This document shows, piece after piece, positions 11,120 to 27,334 of a stretch of DNA of 64,000 nucleotides; within the stretch, counting starts at the first letter, position 1; each line of letters opens with the position of its first letter. Made by a program: the position numbers and the translations under genes. Source of the stretch: Octopus sinensis (taxonomy: Eukaryota); assembly GCF_006345805.1 (NCBI RefSeq), contig NC_042997.1:16740001-16804000 (forward strand). Reading direction: 5' to 3'. The notes under the pieces were generated by a model. It saw only the letters and a list, made by a program, of their open reading frames with translations. It did not search any database and was not told the origin of the DNA.

Positions 11120-13991
11120 ATATATATTTTCATGGGCAAAATAATATTTTAAAGTTATGTTTTAGTTAGGGCTGGATGTTTTTCTGTTTCCTAACTGTGA
11201 TGCAAGAGTGGAGCCTGTTGATTTGATCAGTTAGGCAAACTGGAACAGGCAGTGTTAAATGCTTTCTTCATGGAAGTTAAACATGAACTCTAGTAAGATC
11301 TGTCTGTGATCAGTAGTCCAGGACATTAATTTTGCGGCCACTGTGCCTTACAACTGATTGAATAATATAATAAGTATGAATATAACAAATAACAGCAACT
11401 TCATCATTTAGTTAGGAAAACTTTCACACATCATGGGCACTGTCCCTCTATTTATTTCTAAATTATATATATGTATATAAATAATGTTGTCTGATTCATC
11501 TCTTTTAGGTTATGCCATGGTTGTCATTTCATTTTGATATGATTTATAAAGTCAAAAATAAATTATGCATATTTTGGAGAAGTAAAAATGTTAATTGGTT
11601 GTTGTCAAAGGGTGTGTTTGATGAACCCATAACTCTAAAAGTTTGTATAAATCTATAGGATGCCATTTTCCAGTGAGGGAAAATGTTTTATATACATTCA
11701 TAGTCTAAATGTGAACAGGTTTTTCATGAATTTCACCAGATTCACACAACACATATTCTTAGCTTTATCAGTGTGTTATTCGAGAGAATGCTGTAGCAGC
11801 AAATTAATTAGCACCAGCTACACTTCAGGAGAACTAACAAGATTAAAGGGCTGGTACAACAATACAGTGCAACAGGCCAAGAGTCTGACACCTTATCACA
11901 GCTAGGAGAAGGCAAGGAGTAATTTAAACTTTGGCAGTCTCATGAGGGTCTTTTGTTTTCATTGGGCAGTTGGCCATAGCATATGAATGCTCTGGCTACT
12001 AATGAAATATTTTTATTCAAATTTTGTCTATAATAGTTTCTTTGAATTTTTTCTTTTGCTTTTCTTTATCTTTATTGCCATTTTTATTTGTAACAGTAAT
12101 AAATTGGTTTCATTAAACATTCAGAATTAGTCATGTAAAATAGTTATTTTTGTTATTCCAATAATTCCGTGGAATTATTTCAATAAAAGTCTGCAAACTT
12201 AATAGAAAAGAAATGCAGCATTCCAGAAGCTAAGGTTATTAGAATTCGAAATAATTATAGCTGAGATATAACAGATCAATCAATCAATCAATAAATCATA
12301 ATGATAATATTATTAATAATAACAATACACATTCATATACAATCACACACACATTCACAACAATGACAAACTAATTTACCTCATGCAAGCAGAATAACTG
12401 CAGCCAAACATCAAATGTTCATAGTTTCTGCTTATAAATCAGCAAGTGAAATTTATTGACTTCAAGTGAGGGAGAAAATGGGGTATAGGGACACTCGTGC
12501 CTTCCCCAATGAAGTATTAACAAATCAGTTCCAAGTTATGATAAGTTGAAGCCAGTCACAGGAGAAATCATTGAAAAGGTCACAGTTGTGTTGTGAAAGA
12601 CTTTGACAAATCAATTAATTGATTAATTTATTTTACTTTTTGTTAACTGAACTCACTGATACCCTTCCTGAGTGGCATTACTTTATGCATATACACATAC
12701 ACCATTCACACAGAGTAAAAGAAGTTGTATTGAATTGTTATTTCTGTCTGGCCTTTCAATTACTTCTTCATACACAAAAAGTTTCACATGAGTCTTTCTT
12801 AGACTGTTTGTTATGAACCACAGCAATTATTTGATATAATATTCTTTATTTTTATGTATTTGCTCTCTATCAATAATTATTTCTTTCCATTTCACTAATA
12901 ACAAGTCTGGTGTTGATTACAACTTAGAATAAAATTACAAAAAACGCATAACAAAACCCCACCAAAATGAAAATCTCAAACAATAAAGACCGAATCAAAG
13001 AAATATGTAAAAGTTCAATAAACTACTGAAAGTCACAAATATCTACATAGAAATACACATTTAATTCATTCATTAATACACACACGTGTGTGGGCGCACG
13101 TGTACACATATGCACATACATATACACACACACGTATGCACACATACTCATATATACATACACATGCGGGTGCATACCCACTCATACATAGTACACACAT
13201 TTATAATCAGACACACTAATATGCATACCTATAGTCTTGCTATTTATTTCTGCTTGGGTACACCATTAATATTAATACCATCACATTTACAACCCTCCTT
13301 ATAGCTACACTTAAATTCATGGCTATTTTTAATTAAATATCTGTTTGCATCTTGTCAGAATGGATGGTAGTATGAAAAGGAAGAATGAGTGATTAGATAT
13401 CTAGAGAAAATATTAAATGTCAACCAAATTTTATGACATATGATTGATAATTTAATTAGAGAATTTCTTTGCACTTAATATAGAAGACACTGAGGAGGAT
13501 ATGTTTCTATTCAGTTATTTCCAGATACGTTAAGATTTCAATAATGACTGCCTCATTAATTCTCATGATTTCAATTGTTCCAACTGGTTAAAGTGAGATA
13601 TTTCATAAGTAATGGCTATATTTACTTTACATTTATATTTATAAAAACAGAAGGTAATAAACATTAAAAATTTAATCAAGAGTACATTTTTCTCATTATT
13701 TTCATCTCCTATGATCATCTGTCACTAGTTTAAGACTTATTGTTCTCATGTTTAAAATTGCTAATGGTTCCTGAAGAAGACAGATGCTTATTTGCTAAAA
13801 GTTACACTCATATGTTAACATGGGAAGTTAAGCACACATACATACTTGTATAAATTTCCATGTCACTTACATACACATGCACACATATAAGCAATATTTA
13901 ACATTTTCAAGACATAATTATGAAAATCACTATTATCTCAACATTTTATACTAAAATGTGAGCTTGCATACACATTGACAAACTGTATATC

Positions 13992-14420
13992 TTCAGGGCC
14001 AGAAACTACTTCTACTCTGAACAGTTTCTGACATTCTACAAGGTGCAAGTGCACTTCACACATAAGTACTACATGTCTGGGACATAGCAGCTGCTACACA
14101 CACACACACGTACACACATGCACACACACATACATGCACACATATCCCAAAAAGACCATCTGACTGATTGGCAAACTTTCATTCACCAATACATTATAAT
14201 CACTCACAACCTATCTCTTCTACTACCACCACTATTGTTCTTGCTACTGTGAACTAGCTAATTATACACCCCCACGCAATTTATCCACTTTCCTTCTCAT
14301 CATCCTTGCTCTTTATGCTCCCTCACTGTAAACTTGTACTAAAACTTGTGTCAAAATTCTCATCTCAAGAACTGTAACCATCTGGAAATCCTTCCCTGTC
14401 TACATTTTCCCTAGAGGCAT
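13992..14420 (+). mobile_element. Second copy of the 6.0-6.6 kb repeat family
   Basis: Shared 5' block with 6021-6120; translates to a Cys-containing stretch (STRCKCTSHI). Confidence 0.35.
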
Positions 14421-14714
14421 CAGTCTGCTGAAGTTCAGATTGAATATCAATTAAGGTAAAATCCAGAATTCAAGGAAACTGGTGTGGGTCAACTTTGGCA
14501 ACATGGAATCTTAAAGGAGAGCTTATAGAATGTTGAATAATTCTACTGTCTTATGGAGTAGAAAATGTAATGTTTTAGGGTTTTTGCTCTTCACCAGAGT
14601 ATTGCTGAAAGGTAATAGCCCAGGATGTTAGCTTTTCTACTCCACATGACAACTTTGTTTGACATGTCACAAACTCTCCCTTTATTGAATATCAACTACA
14701 TCAACCCCTTAGTG

Positions 14715-14870
14715 AATGCATGTGACCTAGTAGATTGGTGTTTGGCTCACAATCACAAGGTCGTGAGTTCAATTCCTTGATTGGTTGGTCAGTGCATTGT
14801 GTACTTGAGCAAAGCCTTTATTTCATGTTGCTCCAGTCCACCCAGCTGTACTGAGTACCAGTCAGGGTGT
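14715..14870 (+). mobile_element. tRNA-derived SINE head (family D); similar copies at 23365-23490 (+) and 16040-16210 (-)
   Basis: gacctagtag...ggtcgtgagttcaattcc...cttgagcaaagcctttatttca..ttgctccagtccacccagctg. Confidence 0.6.
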
Positions 14871-15694
14871 TGCCACTGCCCTCTTTCTTCCTTCACCTGT
14901 CACATCCATGATATGTCACTGGGTGAAGGACTGAGAGATGTGTATGTCTGCTCAGTTACATAAAAAAATTGGCAAAAGCATAGTACATCTTAGCAAAGCA
15001 TACTTGCACATGAGAGATGGATGTTCTGTGCTGTATACCACCAGTTTATGAGGGCTTGCAATACTGATGGACACTACTCTTTCTCTTTGGACTATTTCCA
15101 CTTTGCACATGTCAATTGTCACCTTACTATTACACAACAAGAGAAATTTTGCTTAGCAACATGATTTCTATTGCCAAGTCTCTTGTCAACAAACTTGCAG
15201 CTGTCATTAACAGAGGGATCACAAACTTAAAGTGAAAATTTTTCAATAAAATTGCAAGTCTAAAAAGATGAAGATGATGATGGATAATAATACAGATTTA
15301 ATAGAATGTTTGAATAGCCACCTCTGTGTTCTGTTGATTAAGAGTACTCAAAAATATCAAACAAAAACCAAGCTAGCTCTATAAGTTTGCTTCAAGCACT
15401 CATTATTATGATTTTTGTGAACAATGTTAAAATATAACCACTTAGTCCTACACTTTAATAATGGAAATAACTCATCATTTGATGCTTCATTTGGTGCAGA
15501 TTTCATTTTGTTCATCTGTCCTTGTGATGCTTAAATTATCTGGTTTCTGATGAATTATTCTGCATGTTTTATAATTTAGAAAGCCATTGCATCTTCCATG
15601 GGTTAGGATTCTCAAATCTGCATAGTTCAATATAAAGTTTTAGGGCTGATGTTAGTTTACCTCTAGCTGGTTTTGATTTGTCTTAGTCTTCTGT

Positions 15695-15860
<166 letters not shown>

Positions 15861-16431
15861 CTGAAGTAATGAGGGTGGCAAAGAAAAGCTACACACAGCC
15901 ATACACCTATAATCATCAATATATTTAAACAAAATCTATCTAGAGTTAAAAGGTGCATTAGACCAGCAGTGCTTATCCTGGTTTCTGTGGAACTTGGGAG
16001 TGTAAGACATTCTACTGAACAGAATGTATCAGTCTGTTACAGGATTAACCCTCTCTCTTTCCCTCTGGCTACTGCTGTTGCTCATTTTCAGCTGAGTGGA
16101 CTGAAGCAAAATGAATGAAGTGCCTTGCTCAGAGAACCAACATGCTGCTCAGTCCAGTAATTCAACCCACAACCTCATGGTCATTAGTCCAACACCCTAA
16201 TCACTAGACCACACACACACACACACACATGTACTACCTCATCATGGCTATTGTCAAAAGGCTGAAATGAATATAGCAATATACACTAAAATATATAAAA
16301 CTACTTGATGGATGTATTTGCGTGTGCCATACTAGAAAACTGTTCAATTATATTGCTCGATACACACACACACACACACACGCACACACACACACACACG
16401 CACACACACACACACACACTCTCTCTCTCTC

Positions 16432-16462
<31 letters not shown>

Positions 16463-18194
16463 TTTTTGGTGTTTGGCTCACAATGATAAAAGTGAGTAAA
16501 CAAATAAATATATGCATATTAGACTGAATCAATATGTAGAAAGAAGATAGTTGAAAACAGTTTGGATGGATTCCATATTCATTTCTGAGTTAAATCAAGG
16601 AAAGAATGAAATTAAATATAGAGATATTTCTTGAGGAAATGTCTTTATGAAGGGATTTTCTTGTCATTCCCATTTTTACATTACCACTTTGTATCTTTAG
16701 AGAGTTCTTTTTGAAATAATTTACTCAGATTTGATTTGTAGAATAGAGACAGACGTATTCAAACAATGGTCTTTGCTAGATTGATTTGATCTCCATTTCC
16801 ACTGATATGTTTTTTAACTTCACTGATCAATAATAGAAATGGCACAACTTAGAAGTCGGTAATTTTAACTAATAATCCACAATTATTTCAGCAAGACAAC
16901 TCATTTTGTATTTAAAGACAAGCTACTGCTACACTAAATTTTCCCTGATTTTTGTATTCTTTTTTCTTTTTTCTTCTTTTTGCATTAATTGTCCTCTGGT
17001 AGCATGCAACATATGGATTTTGTTAATTTAAACATTTGCATTTTGTTGGAGCATTTGTTTTTACTTTTCAGTTCTCTTCCTCCATTACAGGTGTAATATG
17101 GCCAAATGGTTAAAAAATTCTGTTTGTAGTGATGAGATCCTGGATTCAAGTACACTGTGCAGAATTTTGTGAAGTATGTCACTTTCTATTATAACAATTT
17201 CTTTCACAAAGCTCAAATTTAACTTTATATTGGGGTAGGGAAAGTTGAGTGAACTTATTCCAATAAAGGATTTGAACTTAAAAGAGTGAGACAATGGAAC
17301 AGTTACAGTCCAGCAATCTAATTATAAGATACAAATAATATTTATAATAAAGGAATTTGACTGTAATCAAACAGACAAATCCCAATCACTTAAATGACAA
17401 ACACTTCTTTAAATGAAATCTTTTGCCAAATTAATCTAGATATTTATATTTGTGGGGTACCAGTGATGTGAATAATATTCCAAAAATTTGCAGTTTGATT
17501 TCCCCAGCAGAGAAGTTTATCCTCAAATCAGCTGGCACTGATACCATGTTACACTATCACTTTCTGCTCGACCGATTGCTGGTGTCACTAGCAAGAAGCC
17601 ACAGTAGCCTTACAAAGTCACTTTTTTGGACTAATCAGTTACAACATCATCTCACTAATCTCAAACAAACTGGCATTGATAGCTGAGACTACATCATCAC
17701 TTTTCTGATAAATTAGCAACTGAGACTGAGGATATATTAACAAGTGCTGATGTAGAGTAGTTGAAATAGCTCAGAGACAGACTGTCAGTTAACACACTGA
17801 AGGTATCAGTAGTTAGAGTATTTCTGGAAGACATAGAAGCAATGGATAACAGAACCAGCCACGGATTCGTAATCTCATATATCTCTTTTACCAGTAATCC
17901 ATATACTGCCCTACAGAAGAGTAACTTGCTCGATGATCATACCTCAATATTTCAGATTTATAACTAAGCTCACACAAGGGCTATTATAAGATAATCAGAC
18001 TGATTTTTGCCACTAGTTTAAATACCCAGTCTTTTGATAGACTTTTCATCAACCAGTATGTACATTTTTCTCCACATTGTACAGATTCTCTACATACAGA
18101 CATAAATGCATATATATATATATGTACACACACACATACACACATACATCGTCATCATCATTGTTTAACGTCCACCTTTCATGCTGGCGTGGGT

Positions 18195-18239
<45 letters not shown>

Positions 18240-18340
18240 CTCATCAACAAAGTTGTAGAATGCTATGATCTCTATATTTGTAACATTTCTCTTTTGTTGT
18301 AATATTTGTGGAACTAAAAATGAAGCATCATATATATATG

Positions 18341-18385
<45 letters not shown>

Positions 18386-19614
18386 TTTATTGTGATTAAT
18401 ATAGATTATCACAGCTTCTTTGATGTATCACCTGTAGAAATTGTGAATAAATCCATTATTCACCAATAGCATACACTTTTGTTTATTTTCTCTGAATCTA
18501 CAATATTCTGCATTCATTAAAAGTAATGAATAATGAAAGAGTAGATGATATTTAGATTTGTATTTCATTAGCCATTCTTATCTTACATAGGTATAGTTGT
18601 TTACAATCAGCTGAAGTCATCATATTGAGAAGTCTTAGTCACTTGAGCAAGAGAAGACTTCTGGAATGGATAGTCAATAGAAGAATTACCTGATCAGTAT
18701 TCTAGCTATGATCAACATACCATTATTGTGAGTGTAGTGTCCATGTTTGAGCATATAGACTTTGTTTTTATAGAAATGGCTTTGGCTGTTACATCAGTAG
18801 ATTCAAGTAACCCAACCATCTCATGTAATACTTTGCTACCTTTGAGATTTTCTTCTGATTCAACTATCTGAAGTTAATATATAATGATTATTTTTGTGAT
18901 GGTTGCCTCTCTAAGGAACCGTCACAAGTAGATGTGCTTCGAACGAAGTGGATATAACTTTGATGATTAAGGGTTTATACAGTAATTAAAAATAGCCATT
19001 AGAATTAAAACTGCTGGTGCTAGTTTGAGTTGAGTAAGCATAGACCTATTCAAAGGATGTATTATATAGAAATCTTTGGCATTCTTTGAAAAGAACAAAA
19101 GTCTAATATTTTGGGCAGTAGAATTTCATTGGAGAAATTATCAGCCCCTTTCATTCATCAATTATCATTTGGTATAAAATAACTGAATACAATAATAGGC
19201 AAGGAGCAGATAAAATGCATTTCACTAATATGTTCAGCAATTTTATGCACAAACACAAGAATTCAAACCCTGAAGTGGATGGTTTCTGCTAGCAAGCATG
19301 GAAACAGTAAAAGGAAAAATGTTAAGAAATGTTAGTTTGCCATGAGAAGTGGAAATATCAAATGAATCTTCCATTGCAGAATGCCAGGAGAGAAAAATTA
19401 TTTTCCAAAATCATATATACAGGATACAAATAATAAATTGTTATAAATTGTTTCTACAATGAAGAGATTCATTGAAATGTTAGTTATTTACTCTCCTCAT
19501 GGCAAACTTATGCTTTTTGCATAATTTCAACCTCATTCTTTCATTATAGGTTGTAGTTTATAACAGAGAAATGATCAAGTATTTGGGAACATAAATATCA
19601 TTTTTGTTAAAAAA

Positions 19615-19646
<32 letters not shown>

Positions 19647-20100
19647 AAAAAGTAACTTTGATATTCACGAAATTGCTATCACAGTATCATATATCAAATA
19701 AGGTTATTTACCAAACCATATTACACTGCTAATTTGTAGGAAACAGAAAAATATATTTCCAATAAAACAAATTTGGTTGCATTATTTTTTCAAAGATCAG
19801 AATATATATCTATATAGTTATGTTTGTCTTTACTCATCTTTTACAAAAAGAGATTATTATCTGAAATCATGTATACAGGATATAAATCCTATATTATATT
19901 TTTGCTTGGTTGCATGCGAAAGTTAGCACACTCTTCATGTTGGTATATTACACAAACAGTGTAGCTTCCTTCTTGCACCTTCAAGATTTCATATGTGTGT
20001 GAGTGTGTGTTTGTGTATAAAATCCTTAAGTATATCAGACATAATAATAGACTTCAGTTACCTGTATTTTTGAGTATATACATGTAATGTATACTTTCAG

Positions 20101-20466
20101 TCATATACATACATAAATACACATACATACATACATACATACATACATACATACATACATACATACATTACATACATACATTACATACATGAGCATGTCA
20201 AGATATGCAACTATATGCGTGAGAATACATATATAAAACATACATACATTTATACAAACAAACAAAAATACCCTGTTGTTGATGTTGAAATTCCATTGAA
20301 GGAACCTTGGATCTAGGTTAGAAACCAGTTCTTTATTGACAAGAAATCTTGAAATAAACTGAATAAGAACATACAAACATACATACATATGTACACACAT
20401 ACATATATACACATACATACATACATACATACATACATACATACATACGTACATACATACATACAC

Positions 20467-20500
<34 letters not shown>

Positions 20501-20588
20501 TTAAAAAAACATCATTTAACATCCGTTTTAAATGAGGTTTTTTTTAATATATATATATATTATATATATATATATATAAATATGTATG

Positions 20589-20659
<71 letters not shown>

Positions 20660-20672
20660 GTATGTATATATA
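20101..20672. repeat. (TACA)n and (TA)n arrays
   Basis: Directly visible. Confidence 0.95.
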
Positions 20673-20884
20673 TGATTTGATTATATTCCCAAATAACATG
20701 TAGGCTAGATTTGGAAAAAAAGAAACAGTTTATTTACCCATAGAAGCTATTAGAATTTTAAAATTGTTGAAATTCATGAATTTTTCATGTGGTTGACATT
20801 ATAAAGATCTCTGTTATTATTGTTTTATAGTTTTTAATTATTATATTTATTATCATCCTTATTATTTATTATTATTATTATTAA

Positions 20885-20921
<37 letters not shown>

Positions 20922-21586
20922 ATCAACAATAATAATTTATTTTAATCATGTTTATGCCAATATAAGATGTCATTATCAATACTTTAAGCTATACACTGCA
21001 TTGCAGTGATAAGATCTTGGTTAAGTTTCATCTATATTCCATCTTTGAAGCCAAATTGGTAAACACCATATATTAATTGTATTTGGAAAATACATGAATA
21101 TCATAACTATAAATTTCTGGTTCCCTGCAATCTTGGTATTATTAATTATGAATTAAAATTTTAGATGAAGAAATGAGCTTCTCTGGTATGATTCCTGCAA
21201 ATAGTTTGATGTTTTGAAATTTTTCATTGTTTGAAGACAAAGTATCATTACGGTAGTAGAAGTTATGTCATATAAAAGAATAAAATCACTCAATAGTTTA
21301 TTCTATAACTAAAGAAAAAGAAAAAAAATCCATGCTCTATGATAGCAAAATCAGACTTCTCTACTATATGGGTTGTTAACATTATGGTTGAATTTTTTCT
21401 TGTTTTAATAGCACCAATAGAAATATTTTGATTATTAGCATGTAACTAAGTTTGCATGTAAGAAATCGCATTGAAACAGAAAAATATTGCTTTTATGAAT
21501 GTTTTAATATCTGAAAAAGAAGAAAGTTAAATCTTGGGTCATAGCAGGTCAGAGGCGAAGCAAGCCAGAATGGAAGAAAGTTGTAA

Positions 21587-21738
21587 TAATGACAACAACA
21601 ACAACAGCAATAATAATAATAATCATAATAATAAAAATTATAATAGTAATGATAATAATAATTATAATAGTAATAGTAATAATAATAATAATAATAATAA
21701 TAGTAATGATAATAATAATAGTAATAATAGTAATGATG

Positions 21739-21772
<34 letters not shown>

Positions 21773-21780
21773 TAATAATA
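21587..21780. repeat. (AAC/AAT)n microsatellite
   Basis: Directly visible; explains the poly-N, poly-I and poly-Y ORFs. Confidence 0.95.
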
Positions 21781-22641
21781 AAAGAAAAGCAAAGGGAAAA
21801 TTTTTGCACGGAAGCATAAGTATATCTAAGCATTAAAAAAATATATAAGACATTCTGACTACTGTTTAGAAAGAAGCATTGGAAATGGCTTGTCTTCAGA
21901 AAATAGTTATGATGATGATAAAATCTAAATACAAATCATATATATTGGAAACTAGCACAATTCTTCCTTCATAAAAGATTAAAAGGTTGCTGCTAAGATT
22001 AAGGTGTGGTGGTGTTGGGCGAGTGAGTTAGAAAATTTTTTCTTTTTACTTTAATAATGTTTTCCAGATTTTTGTTTCACTTTTTTGTTCAATTTTTAAA
22101 TTTTTTGTTATTTTTTTGCTGTTTGAAATGTAATTTCTGTTATTTCCGGACTGATTTTCAGCAGTTGGGGGTTAAGTAAAGTGGTCTAACACCATGCACT
22201 TAGCAGGGAAGAAGAAAAATGGAAGTAGTGTAATTGCAAAAAGAAACAGCTAACGATTGACATGACAGTTCTATAAAAAAAAAAAAAAAACAACAAAAAA
22301 ACGTGGACAGGCTATATTGATAAAAAAAATAACTATATAAATAAAAGATAGTGATGGAATGTTGGCACCAAATGACAAAAGAAAAAGTTGTCAAGATTTA
22401 ATAGGTTATATCTATCAGAAATGAGGTAACTTTTTTCTTTTATACTGGATAAAATACTTTTATTGGAATTAATGATGCCATTCCTATTTCACAAATGTTG
22501 GGGTTTTAGCAATGGGTTAAATATCTTTTTTTTTTATTTTGAAATTTCCTTCAAAACTGGTTTCAGCAATATGGGAATTCTCAAATTTGCTACAACTTAA
22601 CCCATCACAAAACATAGCAATGAAGATTGGATGGAAATACT

Positions 22642-22676
<35 letters not shown>

Positions 22677-23265
22677 ACACATATGTATACATACATAAGT
22701 TCCAGAAATTAAGGAAACTGAATACACACATACCACATGTACATTCATTCATTGAGTGGATAAGATCCAATCTGATAGTATTTAGCTGTGTGATTGTATC
22801 CTATTGCATGCATTGTGTCTTTAATTCTATTTGCTCTACAATGAAGCTAATTCCAGATCTAATACATTGTTTTCCTCAGGGACACATTCCTCTGGTATTT
22901 GTCAAAAGGAAAGGTTATTTTTTTTCAATTCCCTGTCACACGAAATCTCCAAAGTGGTTTCTCCTTAGATTTTATGTACAAGGTTCATTCCATTATTCTA
23001 TTTTCTAATTAAAATGAGGGGGCTTGTTTGTACGTACATACATACATACATACACACATACACACACACACACACATATACATGTATATATGTGTGTATG
23101 TGTAATCTGTAAAGTGGTTAATATTAGATGAGGTCATACAGCTGTAGAAGCCAAGTTGACCTATCTAAGAGGATTAGCAATTCCAAATCAGAACTGACTT
23201 GGTCTGTCATGACCCGTCCAACCCAAGTCAGCATGGAAAGTAGATGTAAAATGATGATGATGATC

Positions 23266-23319
<54 letters not shown>

Positions 23320-24159
23320 GTATATGTATATGTACATACACATACACACAAAGCTCAAAGCTGTGAAGGCATGTGGCTTAGTGGTTAAGGTGCTGAGCTC
23401 ATGAAAAGCTTATGGGTTCAGGCAGCACATTATGTTCTTGAGCAAGACGCAATTTCCCAGTGTTCCAGCTTACTCAGCAGAAAATGAGTGATGGTGCACT
23501 TTGCTCTCCTTACAGGTGTCATATCTTTGATTCATACTGGGTCAAGGGTGGGAGGGCCATGAAAGTGTCCATATTTGCTCATCACTGCATGATCTTGTAA
23601 AACAGTTTGTGAAAGCATAATACATGCTACCAAGTCAAACTTGTTTATGAGAGAGACATACATACGTCCACACACACACACATATAAATCTATGGAGAGA
23701 AAAAGAGGGACAGACAGATGGAGGTCAGTAGATGTGTGTTGTGTAGAAAGAGAATGATGGATGGAGAAGAGTCAGCCAGACATTTCACCAGCAAATCACA
23801 GATAAAATTCTTCAGTGTGAATAAGTGTATACTAGAATTAGTGGAGTAGGCATATTGTTGGAGTAGACAGATAAATAGATACATAAAGAAATTGTGGTAG
23901 TCAAAATAGTCACAGGCAACATGATAGTAACAGTGTACTCTATATGTATCTCTCTCACTGTAAGATAAGAAAAAGTATCATTCCTAGTATTAAAGCAGTC
24001 TTGCAGACTACCTCATTAACAAAGAAAAATGATCTCATTATAATGGATAGAGACTTTATAGGACATATTGAGCAACATCAAGATGGTTATTCTGATGCAG
24101 CATATGGTTATGATATATGCAAAATGGCCAAACTATTTTCGATACTATATGTACATATC

Positions 24160-24238
<79 letters not shown>

Positions 24239-24241
<3 letters not shown>

Positions 24242-24380
24242 GCATGGCTGTGTGGTTAGGGAGCTTGCTTCCTAGCTACATGGTTTCGGGTTCAGTCCCA
24301 CTGCGTGGCACTTTGGGTAGGTGTCTTCCACTATAGCCCTGAGCCGACCGGAGCTTTGTGATTGAATTCGGTAGGTGGAA
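24239..24380 (+). mobile_element. SINE family A, 5' part
   Basis: ggcatggctgtgtggttagggagcttgc...gggttcagtcccactgcgtggcac aligns with 42590-42730. Confidence 0.75.
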
Positions 24381-24445
24381 GTTACTGCCATGTGTGTATG
24401 TGTGCGTATAGCTGCTCAGTGCCTCTCCGAAAGAGAGAGAGAGAG

Positions 24446-24495
<50 letters not shown>

Positions 24496-27082
24496 CATAC
24501 ACATATACATATTATAGGTAAATATCTATTGTTTAATGTTGTAACTAATTATCACACACATGTACATGTGAAGCTCTATACAATTTTACTACATTTGTAT
24601 GTATTGAGTACACGCTTTGTTTTGTTTGAAGAAGTATACATTCAGATCATTTATGTGTGTGCATGTTTGCATACAAAAATTCTAGTGCATATATACTCTC
24701 TAACTGTTATGTGGATCTTATTTAAAGAAAGGTATTAGTAATTGCCCTTAAAAAAAAAATCTAAGTTTTTAGCACTATTTTTCATTTACTAGAACCAAAT
24801 TCTGCAAGATGACGAAAACAACTTTTACAAATCTCTGGATTGTGCAATGAAATTCTGGCATGAAGCAATTTTCTGGTGTAGAATGTTTTCCATTACTTTT
24901 CTACAAATGTATATCTTCTGAATCTCTCCAATTTTCTCTTTATTTCATTATGTCTATTCCTTTTTTCTAGGAAGAAAGACTAGATAAATTGTAAGAATTT
25001 ATTTAAAAGAAGCATTCTGCAAGATTTTTGTTCTCATGTGACCCAGCCATTTGCTAAATTATTCATGCTTGAAGTTGCATTATTCTCTATAAGTGTATAT
25101 CATGGTTGGTTGGAGAAGATTATGAAACTGTTAAATGGATATTTGTAGAAAAATAAAAATAATACTTTTGTTTGTTCAACTGTTCATAGAAAACTACCAT
25201 TCTTTGATTGTATGTGGTAATGGGAAAGTCACAGCTGGCTGATAGTTCTTTTCCTGTCATAGCTATGTTGTGTGTGGCCTTTGTAAACTCTCAGTGGTTC
25301 AATCCATCAAGCTACAAATAAGTATCAGGATAAGGAGTCATTCACATCCAAAAGCAGCACCAGTAACCGTCACCTATAACTCATGACCATTTTGATGGCT
25401 TACAGTTATTGTGGTGGTCATTAAGGTGTGTTTGAAACCAGGTTTCTGGCTGTGATAAAAGGGGAATACATTGATTTCTTTTTACATTCTCTAGGCTTAC
25501 ATGATAATATTTGTACAGCAATCTAACGATCCATATTATTTTGACAGTTTGCTGCAAATTTACTGTTGTGAAGTAATACACACACACACACATGTATGTA
25601 TGGGTGCAGGCATGGCTGGGTGTTTAAAAGGGTTTTCTTCCATATTGCTTTGAGTGCAGTTTCACTACATGGTACTTTCATGGGTATCTTCTATTATAGC
25701 TGCTTACCAATCAAAGCCTTATAGATTCTGCTGAGAGAGACTAAAAGAAGCTAATTACACACACACACATGCGCATACACACACACACGCATACACATAC
25801 ACATACATACATACACGTAAATGTATTTATGTGTATATGTGTTTGTGTGTCTATGTGCATATGTTTGGTTGTGTGGATGGGTTTGTGTTTCCCTTGGTTT
25901 TATGTGTGCTTGCTCTTTTAATCCCCTCATTGACCAGCTGTACCATTATACTTGTTCTAGGTTACTGAGTACTATTAGAACTAACTTACTCTTCTCATTC
26001 ATTTCTGGCTTTGCCTAACTCCCCCTATTATTTCAGTCTGGTCTACATGTCTTAGCTCAATTAATAATTTCTACATTTTTCTGCATACAAGGAACTCACA
26101 CTGCTCTAAATTGTTAAGAAGAATTGTGATTGTCACACATTTTATGATGGACATTGTAACCTTCTTCATGGTTGTTGTTGGTGCTATTGTTCTGAATAAC
26201 TCCCAATCAAGCAGACTTTATAATCAAAGGTATTCCATCCATGACCTTAACCTATGTTTCTAAGTCATTCCAGTTATGACAATACTATCTTTTTTATTTT
26301 CCAGATAGTGCATCAAGGATTATTATTATTATCATCCAATATGTACTTCCATTTTTAAAAACAGTAGAGTGTGATCTGAGGGAGATTTGGATGCTATTTG
26401 TAGCATATCAAATAATTGCCTAATAGCCGTCCCTCATTGGTATGTTTATGGCAATATTATCATTGTTTAATTATCTCAGTATTGAAGCTGATGTGGGCTA
26501 GGAAAGACTACGTGCTGTAGAGCATCATTTCCATGTATTCATTTGTGAGACCTACAGATGTTCTCAACTGCATCTTTCTCACTCTTCCTCGATCTACCTC
26601 TATTGTGTGTACATATACCATCATCTAATTGCTCTGCTACCCCCTGTCCTGTCAGGCATCACTCCTCCTCATTACCTGTTCAGATTGAGGCAGTTGTTTC
26701 TCTTCTACAAAATGTCCAATTCATGTGATTTCATACTTCCATCTTTTTTTGAAATATTTTCTGCTATTTTTAATTCATACACCATCATCTAAGTGTTCGA
26801 TCTGATCAAACTGGTACCACACTGCTACTGTCTCTCTTTGCTGCAAGGCATTTTCAATTATTTACAGATTTACACTTATTTTATTATTACTATTATTATT
26901 GCTATTATTATTATTATCATCACCATGATGATGATGATGATCATCATCATCATCATTATCATCATCTTCCACCCAGAGCTGTCTAATTTGGAGACAGGAA
27001 AATTAATATCCCTCCATGAAATAAGAATTATTTTTCATTCTCAACTTTTATAAGAGGTAAATATAGAAATTAATGCATGCAC

Positions 27083-27087
<5 letters not shown>

Positions 27088-27159
<72 letters not shown>

Positions 27160-27258
27160 CATATATGTACATACACATTAGTATGCACATATATATGCAT
27201 ACAGGTATAGACACATGTATATGTCTATGTGTGTATATATATATACATATGTGTCTGG

Positions 27259-27333
<75 letters not shown>
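27088..27333. repeat. Long (TA)n arrays
   Basis: Directly visible. Confidence 0.95.

Positions 27334-27334
<1 letters not shown>

Noticed and set aside
13485-13535. CTGAGGA...GATACGTT hammerhead-like string (similar weak cases at about 13770, 18600-18670, 21850-21900, 37720-37765 and 40500-40570)
   Set aside because: Core mutations plus missing stem I pairing; cannot be told from chance in AT-rich DNA.
23944-24336. + strand ORF containing DFIGHIEQ, reminiscent of the L1 cytoplasmic FIGQY motif
   Set aside because: Wrong strand and wrong position relative to the gene; the ORF runs into microsatellite and SINE sequence.
25403-25448. Possible 46-nt minus-strand exon (PETWFQTHLNDHHNN)
   Set aside because: Would break frame between phase-1 exons C and D; no domain similarity.
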